Source: Calcarisporiella thermophila CBS 279.70
Lineage: Eukaryota > Fungi > Calcarisporiellomycota
Length of the DNA stretch: 64,000 bases
Direction of reading: 5' to 3'
Assembly: GCF_041956535.1 (NCBI RefSeq)
Contig: NW_027192216.1
Span: 138,274 to 202,273, forward strand
The stretch's first letter is position 1, and every line of letters starts with the position of its first letter. This document shows, piece by piece, positions 46,913 through 59,500 of the stretch. The notes below the pieces were generated by a model, which had not been told where the DNA came from, ran no database searches, and saw only the letters and a list, made by a program, of their open reading frames with translations. A program made the position numbers and the translations under genes.

Positions 46913-49503
46913 AAATAAACATAGGGAATGAAAAAACAAACTCACCTATTGAATTCAAACGAGTGTGGGGCAAGATGTTGGGGGGTAGAAATGGAAGTTA
47001 AAGTAAGAATGAGAAGCAAAAGAATTTGGATATACGCGAGTTTATATGCATAGCCAGCTGCGCCTCCCATTGTAAACAATGGCAAAAGCAAGGGCACAAA
47101 TGGGGAGATTGGGCTTTAAAAATTTCCCGAGCAGAGCTGAAAAAGGTTTACCACAACGAACAACTTGCGGTGCCCCAATGGTATAATAATCATGGAGCCG
47201 ACGGCTCCTATATTCAATTCGAGCGGAGTGGTAGGACAAAGATCACAATTGTTACAACCCATAGAACAATTATTGAATGGGTACGACGCCGCCAAAATCA
47301 TGACACAAACGCCTCAGTTGGAACTTGTGCTCGTATCATCGTTATGGTTTTGCTGAATACTTCACATCAGATGCCCTAGTGAGTGTGCGGTTTGCGCAGC
47401 AGCTGCGCCTACCTTTTCCGCTGAGCTGGATAAAACGAGGTTCTCCTGACATCATACGACTGGCTTGGGCTTTTGCTGAACTAGAAGGCAGCACCAGGGG
47501 TTTAAAAGGTATCTGGGGTTGTTGACCGTGGAGCTGTGCGTGCATCGACCATGTCATCGGACGCTTCTAAAGGTTGCCGTGGGTCATGTAACAGGAGCCC
47601 ACTGTTGCGGTCACCAGTTCCAGTGCAATGAGATAGCCCTGGGTTGTGAGCTCTGTTCAAAGCGACTTAGGATATCACATCTTTGTTGGTATATTTAGAA
47701 GAGATTCTGGACGAAACGTTGAACACTTGTCAGCACATAGGATCGTCTTTCATTACCTACTTAATGTTACCGACTTACCATGGCCCTGCATGGGGATAGG
47801 GGCAATATTCAATAGAGAAATATTGAGATATGATTGGGCAGCTAGTCAAGTACCAGCATCATCAACTCTCAATTGGATATTGCCAATATACCCAAGGTGG
47901 GGAAATGGTGTTGAATCGGTAACATGAAGTAGGTAGTGGAAAACGATTCTATGCACTGACAAGGGGTCAACACTTCCTCCGGAATATTTACTAAATCTTC
48001 AAAGGGAATTGCTGGTTAGCTTGAAAAATGTTAACCCTTCTTTTTGGAGCATTAGTTAACATATAATGTTTAAATAATATTAATTTTTTAGGGTGGTGAT
48101 CGATCTCTCTATCAACCATTTCATTTCTGAAATAATGCTATATTGCAGTCCTCTCCTGGCTCTTAACCCAAAATCCCTAAGTAAAAATTTGTTAAAAAAT
48201 TATTTGACTATAATATTGAAATCGGCCATGAAACTGGGTCAAATCAAAAATGAATAAATTTCTAGACCTATAGATATACATAATTTAACCTATATTTCGG
48301 CCTCGAAAATTAAATTATCCCAAAGTCCTATGTGATGGCATTAATTATTTGCAACTAGAGGTCTACACCCAGTTGTTTATCATCATGTGAAAAACTGCTC
48401 CTCAACTCTTTCCATTATGTCAATTTTACACTTGATTTTATTCAATTTTGTTGTTTTATCAGAGATAGTCTGTTTTATTTATGGATTCTATCCTTGTAAT
48501 GTTTTTATACGGTGTAAGAATTTTTCGAGCTGGATAATTAATTTTTCACTTTATTTTCTGTAATAGTACCATAGTTAATAATTTATATATATTCCAATAT
48601 CCTCTTGAAAATCCTAGTTATCACTCGAACTATTTCTGTAAAATTTAGAATAGGTATAAGAACTACTAGATGAACTATTTAAGGCATATAGCTATCAACT
48701 AATTTTTTACAAAGTCTTTTACATAAGTTTGCAATTGAATTCTAAAGAGGCTTCAAGAAACGGAGCATACATTGCACCAAAAATGAGGGTATTTGGATGC
48801 GTATTGGTAGAGCTATTAGCTCTCAAAAGCCCATAATACTCAAGATATACTTTGTAAAGACCTGGGCCAATCAGAATCGAAATCCTTCTGTCTGAATTCT
48901 TTCTGAACTCTCCTGTTTTATTTACGTAAATAAAAAAGCCTTTAGCTTGTTCATATTTAAGGAGACAACTTAGCTTTTCGTTCTTTACCGCTAATATTCA
49001 GTAGTCTTTACTGCTAATTCCAATAAAACTTTTTTCATCTGATTCCTGTGTAGTGTGTATAGACAAAGGGGTTTGTGAAATGGAAAAGGCGCAACCAAGT
49101 GCTGCCAAATAATACTTAATATCGCACCTTAAGTCTGCAATACCACACGCTTTCTTTCCCAAGTGTGAGTGTTAGGAATATATAAGTGTGCGTACATTAA
49201 AGCACCTCGCGTGTAAACTAAATGCACTGTTCCTTCTTCTCGGTAGGCAGAGCATTACTGAAACCGCGAGATACTCCTTTGGCAAAACAATGGCACTCAT
49301 CGAGTGCAAGGGAATCCAGAATACTATGGAAAACTTCTATGGTTTGCTTCAAACTTTTATTAACTTCACCAAACCTAGTCCAAGCATGTGCAGATGAAAA
49401 AGATAAAAAATGGGAATTATATTTTGTGAAATTATATAAAAGAAAATGTACAAATCCAAAGAAACAGGAAAATTTATCGGAAAATTGAAGGACATCGTGT
49501 CAA

Positions 49504-51374
49504 TTATCGCCGGGGGATTCCTCGGCCTCGTGCACGCGCTTGCTGCGCAGCGGCCATCTGTCCAGCATCAGCCTTCTCGCTCTGAGGGGCCTTTACTGTC
49601 TCGTCCACGCTCAAAATCAAGCATGCTGCTTCCGTTGCTGATGCAATGGAGTTGGTCTTCACAAGCGCGGGCTCCCACACAAAAGCGTCAAAGTTGTTCG
49701 TGATCGTCTCGTTTTCGATGTCCACTCCGTACCACATATCGCCCTGTGCATGACGCATTCTCAGCTTGTTCAGCAGGTCAGTTGCATCGAAGCCTGCGTT
49801 GTCACAGAGCTGCCGGGGGATGATTTCAAGTGCCCGAGCAAATGCCGCGATAATAAGCTGTTGCTTGCCCTCAACGGTGCGAGAGTGGTCGCGCAGATAC
49901 CTGCTCAGCTCCATCTCAGTGGCGCCACCTCCCGCCACGACTAGGTTATTCTTTATCGCCCTCCGCACAATCATGATGGCATCATGCAAGCTGCGCTCAA
50001 CCTCAGCAATAAATTGCTCAGCTCCACCACGCAGCAGAAGTGTGCATGTCTTTGCCTTGGGGCATCCCTCAAAAATATTGTAGCGCTCGCCGCCAATCTG
50101 TCGTTCCTCGAAGCGCTCGCACGTGCCTAGGTGCTCAGGGCGGAGATCACTGCAGGTCGACTGAATGCTTCCGCCTACAGCCTGTACGACGCGGTTGAGA
50201 TCATCCGCTGCAACGCGACCGGCGCAGAATATATTACGGTCGGCAAAGTACTGTGTCGCAAGGTCGCCGATCGGCAACTTCGACAGTACCACATTCGCCC
50301 CACTGTTTACAATAGCCTCCAGCTTCTTGAAAATGATAGTCCACTCCGCATCGACAATTGCCTGGTACTCTGACACGTCCTCCACGCGCACTTCTGCATT
50401 ATCTTTTTCTGCCTTCAACTCGAGCTCTACGTTCAAGCAGACGATCTTAGGATTTTTAAAGGACTTAGGCTGCTGTTCAAAGCCGGCATATGAAAAGGTC
50501 TTCTTAAAGGCTACACCAGCTACGAGCATGGAATCTTGCATGGCACCACCAGGAATCTTCTTCATGCCAATTAATTTCTCATTGAGCTCGTTCTGGTCGA
50601 GTGTAAGCACCGCATCTACAACCATTTTTTTGAAGAAATCTTTTTGACCAGAAATTAGCTTTGAGCTCATTGCAGTTGAGGCACATTTCTCAAGCAGGTC
50701 ACGGAATTCTCTAATGGTAATTAAATTAGGCGTTATATAGAGCAGAGAGAATTAATTATCATGCTTAATTAACGTACTTTTCATTACTACGCTCAATTTT
50801 AATTGCCATTTCCTTCACCCTGTTAATTGCCTAGAATAAATATCCATCACGGTAAATATTAAATTAAATCGAGTGAATTGAAGAAAAATGATTTTACCAG
50901 TTGGGCTGCTTTCCGATAGCCTTTAATGATGATATGGGGGCTTACACCTTCCTCAATATATCCCTTCACCTCTTTAAGCAACTCTCCAGCCAACAAAACC
51001 ACACTTGTTGTTCCATCGCCAACCTCCGCATCCTGAGATCGCGCGATATCTACCAATGTTTTGGCGGCAGGATGCACGATGTCTAGTAGCTTCATGATCG
51101 TTGCTCCATCATTTGAGATGGTCGCTTCTCCTCGAGAATCCACAATTAATTTATCCATTCCACGCGGCCCAAGAGTAGTACGAACAGTGTCAACCACTGC
51201 AAGACATGCATTAATGTTTGAGAGAAGTTGGCCTTTGCCCTGAGAAGCATCAGTGCCCTCTTTGAGCAAGATGATTTGGGGTTGCTAATAAAATAGTTGG
51301 ATTAGATGGTTGAGATTAAAGCATCATCTATGAAATTCTCCACCCACCATCATCGGGAGTTGTGGGCGAGACAT
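49504..51374 (-). CDS. CCT7: T-complex protein 1 subunit eta, multi-exon
   Basis: [14 protein letters not shown]; [10 protein letters not shown]; ISNDGATI; EVGDGTTS; [15 protein letters not shown]; VWEPALVK; LILSVDETV. Confidence 0.98.
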
Positions 51375-51614
51375 CCTTTGATATTGTTCTCTTCTCTGAT
51401 AAACTAGATTAGGGGTGTGAAGAAGAAAGGATGGATGGATGAATGTAGGAGATGAAGAGTCCTGGATGATTGACCGAGAGAACCTTCGAGCAAAAAATTA
51501 TTCGCGACGTTCGCGTTTCTTTTTTTGGTTACTTTCGCGTTTTAAGAGAGGTGGCTTGGTAACGATGATTATTTTCTAAAGTTCGAGAGTGATCTAACCA
51601 AGTAATTCTTCAAG

Positions 51615-52230
51615 ATGTCAAATCTAAGGGCACAGCTAGAATCAGAATCTAACGAATTTCAGCAGATTCAAAAAGGTAAGAATCAATCAATGTAAACTGG
51701 TTTGACAATATTTTTAATTGAAATTCTCTAGAAATCTCCAAATTTGTTGAAACGCGTGAGCGTCTTGAATCACAATTGAGGGAGAACGAGCTCGTTGATA
51801 AAGTGAGTAGCTCGGATTCTAGTGCATCTATGACCATACTACACGTAGGACACACTTTTAGGAATTTCAACACCTCGAAGATGACGCAAATATTTACAAA
51901 CTCCTCGGTCCGGTACTTGTAAAGCAAGAGAAATCGGAAGCGAAGCTTAACGTGAGCAAGCGCCTAGAGTATATCAAAGGTGAAATGTAAGAACGTTGTT
52001 GTTGTCAGCAGTTTCTCTATTGCAAACAAACAAAAATAATCTATTCATTTAGAGAGCGAGTAGAAAAAACTCTCACGGAGTTATCGCAAAAGGCTGAGAA
52101 AAAAAAGACCGAGGTAAAGAATAAATGGAACCAAACAAATGGATAGTAGGCTGACTGGTTTTATACTTTCTTGCAGCTTATGAAGTTACAATCGCAATAT
52201 CAAGAGCAATTGCAAACTGCCAAGGCGTAA
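51615..52230 (+). CDS. PFD6: Prefoldin subunit 6 (absent from the ORF track), 5 exons
   Basis: RERLESQLRENELVDK|EFQHLEDDANIYKLLGPVLVKQEKSEAKLNVSKRLEYIKGEI|ERVEK. Confidence 0.95.
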
Positions 52231-53052
52231 TCTACTTCATCATCTCGGCATATCTCCCTTTTTCTCGTTGCAATAATTATAATAATAAATTTACAAGTAT
52301 TACAAAAAATTATCTCTCTTATTATCCAAGAGAGCGTAGAATGTAAGGATTGTCTGGGCCTATCTCATTTCGGGCGGAAGACAAAGAATTAAGTCTGGTA
52401 GTACTAGAATCACACATTTCTTAAATTTAATGATGAAAATTATTTAATGTTTTGGTCACCCATTAATCTGCAAAATGACATATATCGATGTACCGCATTT
52501 TGCACTTTATACCGTGAGCGGTTTTAAAATATACTTTTCAAACCTCCATTCGCAAGTTGAAGAGTTATTTTATCTAGGATTTGTTAAGATAGCGAGTGGT
52601 CATCTCAACAATTCCTTTTAGATATAAAATTTATCGCATGCAGGCTAGAGTGCAGGATCATTTATGATTTCCGAAACACGAAGAAACCAGGCGATAATTG
52701 AATAAAAACAGCCGTGAAGTTTAGCAATATGTATGAAAGTATCCACTCCAGCAATGTGTTACCACCATTTTATCAGTCATTAGAATGTAATAGCAATAAA
52801 GTATTCCACAGTCGATGTATTTCTATGAACCAAATCTGCAAGTCACAACCTTGGCTTTTAATATTGAGGCAATAAATAACCCATGGGCGAAGATTACTTG
52901 CTGACGTCGTGATAAATAACCAACCAAAAAAATTTTATATTTCGATTGAACCAAGCCGGTTTTTTCTTTACCTTATTTTCGCTTCTCTTATTTTGTTATT
53001 GGAAAGAAAGAAGAACCTTTTAAAACTCTTTTTATAACGATATTTTCAATAA

Positions 53053-55685
53053 ATGGCGTCATCCAGAGGGATCACAAAGGGGAATGGAATGCACGGGGAA
53101 TCAGATGAGATTAAACAGCTTCGAAAATCCTATGGCAGCAGCCTCGACACGCTACGGGAGCTGTTCTCCGATTGGACCGATGAAGACTTGCTTTTTGCCT
53201 TACAAGAGGCCCACGGGGATCTTGAAACAGTCATAGCGCGGATCAGTGAAGGTATAGACCCAAAATCTATATTGAGTCGATTTTACGGCGCTCTAACCCA
53301 TTTATGCTTTGTTTACTCTAGGTCATGCAAATCAGTGGGGCGAAGTAAAATCTAAGAAGTCAAAGCGCGAATCCGTAAAAGTGAATAAGCAGACAACGGC
53401 CCCGACCTCGTCGCAGCGTCCTTCCTCTTTGCCCCGCGGCGGCAGTGGTGGTGGACGCGGCAAAACTGGTAAGCAGCATTTTTTCCATTTGGCATTCAGA
53501 ATTATTCGAGCTAGCGCGATCTTTACTATTAGACGGTAATCTCCGTGGAAGAGCAGCAGGAGATAGGCCACGAAGTACTCCCTCTCGTGGTGGTGAGCAT
53601 CCAATGGTGATTAATCTGTTTGAACTTAGAATTGACCTTCTTTTTCATCAAGGTAAAATACCTCGTCAGAATGCTTCCCGCGACACCTCGAAACCAGCGG
53701 AGTCCACCCCTGATACCCTGGGTACAGCCAAGAATGACAAACCGACTGCATGGAATGAAGCTAGCTCTCTACAAGACACAAATGCTACGGACGGTTGGGG
53801 ATCTCTACCTACAGACGCCCAGTCTAGTTGGGGCAGCCTAACTACAGAAACTAAGAAAGATAATAACTGGGCTGATTCCTCGATTGATAAGAAGGAAACA
53901 CAACCATCACAACCCAAGACATTTACAGCAAAACCTTCCGCCGGAAAATCTTGGGCAGACGTTGCCAAGTAAGTGTAATCTCTTCCATTGACTAAACCTC
54001 AGTTGGGCTTATCACCTTGTATAGACCTGCAGTTAAACCAGAAGTCAAGAAACCGCCAGTCCAACCCGCCGAGCCTTTGAAACCTGCGACTACTGAAAAT
54101 CCTCCTCCCGCCCCTGCACCCGCTGAAGCACCGGCTCCATCAGAACCCTCCTCCCAACCAGAACCTGAAACCGCACAAGCAACAACAACAGCAGCAGCAG
54201 TAACAGCAGCATCACCAGCAATAGAAGAGGCCACCACTGATGAACCGTCTCCCGCAAAACAGCCTGTAATTGAAGAGCCAGCGCCTAGTCAGACAGTTGC
54301 CAAGCCTGTGGAGGTGGCATCACCTCGTCTTAAGGACAACGGCACACCCTCCCCAAGCTTTAAGCATCGCTCTCCTGCTCAGCGTCGTGCACGACAGGAT
54401 GCACCTGTGGTGATGCCTGGATTCGGCGCGAACTTGGAGCGTATCGGCGTGCAATTTGGTAGTCTTAATCTCGCTTCACCCAACGATATCTCTACGGAAT
54501 CTCGAAACAAGCCATCTGGAATGAGCCTTGCTGAATCTGATGAAAGGTCAGATCCTCTTTTCGTCTTTTCAATTCGATAAAGTTACTGAGTCCATGGTTC
54601 TTTTTTCTTTCATTTTTAGGCACCAAGCTGCCCCTGCTACCTCTGTTATTGATACCCCTATGATTCAACCTTCTTTGGCCCAAGCTTCCCAGCAAGCCCA
54701 GGACCAACCCGCTCAACAACCTCCTCAACCCCAACAGCCCTCTCCCCTCGCGTCGCAAACTCTTTCGCAGCCACAAGAAACGTCTCGACCCAACTCCCAA
54801 TCCGTTACTCAGCAGATGAGTTCCAATCTCATGAACCGTCTCGGCGGAGCCGCTGTCAACGCACTCCCTACTGCACAATCCGCTAATCTCGTAAACGTCC
54901 CCACGACTACCCAAACCACCTCTCAGACGACTACTCCGAGCATTGGTTATCTCAAGCAGCAGCAACAGGAACAACAATCCCCCGCTTCCTATCTCGGCCA
55001 TCAGCAGCATCATCTTGGCATGGACCCTATGGCTTCGCCTTATGGTTCCTACTTGCCGAATCAGGCTGCACAACTCTCAGCTTTCGGAATGGGTGGAATG
55101 GGCTCTCTTCCTGGCGATTTCAGCATGTATGGTTCAGATGTCCAGCGCGCTGCTCTGATGGGTGGCTACTACCCTGGCGATCCCACCGCCTTCAGTCAAA
55201 CTGCCACCTCAACTACAAATGCCAGCCTCCAGCCACAGCGTGACAGCAAATTCGGCCAAGAAACCCAGGCAGCTGCTACACAGGTGTCGCAGGCCCAACA
55301 GGCGCAGCAACAGGCGTACCCAAGCCAGATGGCAGCCGCATCAAATACGATGCCCTATTATCCTCACCACTATTACTTTATGCCGAATCAATTCCCAGCT
55401 GCCGCGTATCAGCAAGCCGGCTACGGTCAGCCTTTTGTAAATAAAAATATTTACCCCCACATGTACACATCCCATCATCACGCTGCTACCCCTGCCGGTA
55501 AGCCTGGCCAGCTAGTTAATCCAAGCTACTCGGGCTCTCCCTACAGTGCACCCCACCAGCAAGGATTCTCGCAGACCGCCGGTGGATATGGGGCTACAGA
55601 TGAAATGCACGCGGCTCAGGCTACTGGGATGCACGATTACCAGTCAAAAGGATACGGTGCTAACATGCAGCCACAGCAACAGCCC

Positions 55686-55717
<32 letters not shown>

Positions 55718-56087
55718 GCAGCAGACACAACAGTCGCAGCAAACTTACTCTGGGTTCTTGGGAGGGCAGCACCAGCCATCATCTACTCAGAAAGTTGGTG
55801 CCGACTTGGCCGGTCAGTACGGGAAATACGGAAATGACAAGTCAGCCTCCGGTGCGCAACAGCCCCAGTCCCAGCAACCCCAGGCAGCCCCTGGATTGAA
55901 TGGTACAAGTGGCTTTGTGCAGCAAAACCAACAGCAACCCCAACAAATGAGCAACCCGTCGTCGCTCTACGGTCAACCCCAGCAGCAACAACCTTTTACG
56001 TATCCATACCAGCAGCACGCACATCATCAGTACCACCATCACCCGCAGGCTGGCGCACGTAACCAACAATACTGGAATCAAAATTAA
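53053..56087 (+). CDS. DEF1: Def1/UBAP2-like CUE-domain protein with Q/Y/P-rich prion-like C-terminus, multi-exon
   Basis: LRELFSDWTDEDLLFALQEAHGDLETVIARISEG|HANQWGEVKSKK; KSWADVAK; PVVMPG...VQFGSL; polyQ; ends QYWNQN. Confidence 0.85.
55668..55742 (+). repeat. CAG/CAA polyglutamine tract within the DEF1-like CDS
   Basis: Encodes QPQQQPQQQQQQQQQQQQQTQQSQQ. Confidence 0.9.
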
Positions 56088-56541
56088 TTTTCTTTTTATC
56101 TTCACTTACTAGCATGGCGGAATGGGGCTATCTTTTATTTTAGAAGTGCTTGAGTGTGTGTGTGATTTCCTCATAGGATTACTTGGGTTACAATTATTTT
56201 AAAAATATTGCTTTTTTTCAATTTTTTTTCTTTTATTTCATGAATACGACTTTCTATGGGGTATAAAAAGTTTACTTTTTCTTATGAATGTAACTCGATT
56301 TTTTTTTTCTCTTTTTTTAATTATTTTATAACTATTTTCTCAATTGCTTTCCAAGAAGACGTTTCCCTTTTTATATACCGTACAACCTTAAATTTTTATC
56401 TGTGTAGAAAGTAACATTTTATGGCTATTTTATTTTATTTTTTACCATAAAGGCGGGATATAAAATACATTTAACAAAGCGGAGTATATTAAGACAAAGA
56501 AATTAAGAAAAAAATAGTTCAATATAAAAGCTCAACGTATA

Positions 56542-59500
56542 CTATGAGGATTCACGTTCCAAAGGTGGGGGAACCACAAGATCCAGGTTACGATCGCGAA
56601 GGAATTGTTCAACCAAATCTTCTGTGTCCTCATCGTCCTCTCGCTCCTCGTCCCTCTCTTCATCCAGCTGATTCAGCTTACGTCTTTTCCTCCCGTTGCT
56701 ACCTCTCATCTTATAGTACATCGCAACAAGTCGCTCTAGATCACGCCACCGCTTAGCATTTATCGTAAATCGAACCATGTTGTCAAGTTGATTGTGTTGT
56801 ATTAAATGTACAATCAGACCATTGAGATGCTGTGGGTGCTGCACGAGCATAGGGTACCAGGAATGTGCGTCAATATGGTCGTACACCGTGGTCAGAATGA
56901 ACGGCTTCGAAATCTCGCATTCAGCAATATTACAGAGAGATAGCCCGGGAATCGCAAGGGATTTCTCGTCCTTGGGTGAAAAGAGTGTGACAAAATGGGA
57001 AAAGAGCGCTTCAAGCACCGCCAGAGTCTCGGTTTGAGTCAACCCATTGACGATTTCCTGTATATTATATGATTTTAGTTTTGTATTTAAAATATCAATT
57101 GCAGATAGACAACCCATACCCGGACACGATTTCCCACTAGAGCATTCGGAGGAAGTACGGCTAATGCTTTAAGCACGGCGTGTGGACCATAGTGAGAGAG
57201 CATCTCTTCGAAGATATTTGCGAACGTATCCAGGTCGAGCTCAGTAAGAAATGGGCATTTCTGAATGAGTAAAAAGATACGGGGCAGCGAAAAAATCGTC
57301 GGCACTGAAAGACCTAGTTGCGCAAGGGAGGAGTTAGATCGTCCCTAAAAAAAATCGAAAAAATATTTTACACACCTTCTCTTTCATTATCCCGAATATC
57401 TTGTAAGAAGCCAAGCAAGGTCTGGTTCCATATATTGGGCAATTGCTTGAGTTGGGCGAGTTCAGGTACCGAACTAATGTGCTCCAACATCCCAGCAAGA
57501 TATTTGAACTGTAAACAATAGAGAGTGAATAATGAATCCCAAAGGAAGGGTGGTGCGTCCTGCAATAAATATATCCGATTTACCATCTTGAAATGAAGCA
57601 GCCTAGCTAGGGTATTCTCCCACAATGTCATGTCGTAAATTTGATTGTCCAAACAAAGATTACAAATTAATTGAATGACCTAGAAAGAAAATTCTTAGGA
57701 TAGAGTAGCAAGTTTGAGTGGAAGAAGTGGCTAACCTTTGGCTCTTGGTTGTGCTTCACCCATAATGATCTTGCGAGTGCATCCTTGTTGCAGTTGATAA
57801 ATTCCTTGAGTGACAAGGGAATTTCTAGCTCCTCGAAATCGGCAAGATACAAGAGCATTTGCATATATGTGCTAACAGAAGAAAAATTTATCGAGAGCCT
57901 TTATATCTATATTAGAATTAGTCATATGCATACCGAACTTCGCTGTACTTTTGCACCCTCCCGATTTCCTGTGGGCTTGCGAGTTGAAGTAAAACTCCAA
58001 TTGATCGGATTCGAGCCAATGTTGTAATCTTTTGAGAAGATTTGTGGGAAGGCTATTGGAAAATAGTTATCAAATATATCGTTAGTCGATGGGCAAATGA
58101 TCGTCAAGACTTGGCGCTTACCTGATAAGCAAACTTCAACAGAAGCCTAACGCTGGTCTCTATGGATTCGCATCGAAGTAGGTAGAGAATTCTCATTTGT
58201 AACGATATTTCTTGTGCGGAACTCGATCCTTTCTGGAGCTAAGTTATAAAATCATTCAGCCTAATCGAGTCTTTATCGTATCTAGAATAATGAAGTCGTA
58301 CTTGAATGCGCATAGATGGCAAAGCCATTCCTTTCTCTTTATCACTGATATCCAGTTCTTGTGTAAGCCATATCTAGGGACGCAGTTGAAGGATTTGTGA
58401 GTGTATGCTCATTCAATTTACTAAGACTTCGACTCAAATTAACGAGACACCTACTGTCAGCAAATATTGTCTAATCTTGTCGATTTCTAAGTTGTGTCGC
58501 TTCGATATATCGTTCGCTAGGGAATGAAGATCAATGGAATCTGTAGAGAATTTTTAATATATGGTAATCCATCCAGTTTTTCCATTGTATACGAATAATT
58601 ACCAGCTTCGATTAAAGCCTGCTCACTCTTTCGTGCATAGAGCTGACAGATCAATTCGAGGGGCTGGGACACCAATTCCACAAAATCACTCAAACTCAGT
58701 GAACGAAGCTGATTCTCTGTCTCGGCACGAGCCAATGCCTCTCTCAGCTTACTCATGGCGGTTGCGGCACGCTCTAATTTGATTTTCTTTCGCTCATTGT
58801 CAGGCTATTAATTAGAGTATGCTCTTAGTTTGGGCACTTTTCTCTATAGCAATCGGCTGGCGATTTCTCAAATACCTCTGAGGAAAGTTTTAAGTGCCAT
58901 TTTTCTGCTATATTGATTGCGGTGCGTAGTGCATTGATTTTGTTGACTCCACACGGGAACGCGTCGGAAACATATTTGGCGACACTAATCGCAAGCTCTG
59001 TATCCTGAATACGCAGGATTGGAATTTTGAATTCAGCGAAACTTGGCTTCGAGTGCACGCTTTCGAAATTTGGGGTGTGCCCTTTTTCTTGTGCAGATTT
59101 CTATGCAGGGAAACATTCATTAGAAAGCCGCAATATGAATTTTTGCATGAACAAAGCTTACCATCTGTGTCATTAGGTTATCGACAACTGATACGTAGAA
59201 CTTGTCGGCCTCGAGTCCAAGAGGAACCGTGAGTGAAACCAGCCGAGGAATAGAGCTCTCTACAAGCTCAGGCTTTAATACCTTCCATGGCTCTTCGATT
59301 AAGAGATGATAAGGGAGCCGACGTAGACATCCTGGGAAATTCTGTAAGAAAAATATTATTAAGAAACAATCTCCGTTTTATGGGGACAATGCATATACCT
59401 TTGCCTCTTTATCTGGATCAATGTGGTAAGCACTTGTGTCGATGCCATCCACAACTATACCCAACTTAAGTTAAAAATCGGATCTGTAGTTGTCTACATG

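Larger units (their letters stand above)
46440..47025 (-). ncRNA. Spliced non-coding host gene with two snoRNA-bearing introns (46945-46757 and 46732-46545) and a 24-nt middle exon
   Basis: CATATAAA at 47041-47048; pyrimidine-rich first exon; two ATAG|GTGAGT donors; TTCTCAC and CTCTAAC branch points with polypyrimidine tracts and TAG acceptors. Transcript ends approximate. Confidence 0.72.

Noticed and set aside
47050-47990. Moderately GC-rich stretch with short ORFs, possible pseudogene
   Set aside because: No identifiable motif in the frames examined.
48050-49000. AT-rich segment resembling DNA-transposon or MITE termini
   Set aside because: No terminal inverted repeats or TSD could be delimited by eye.
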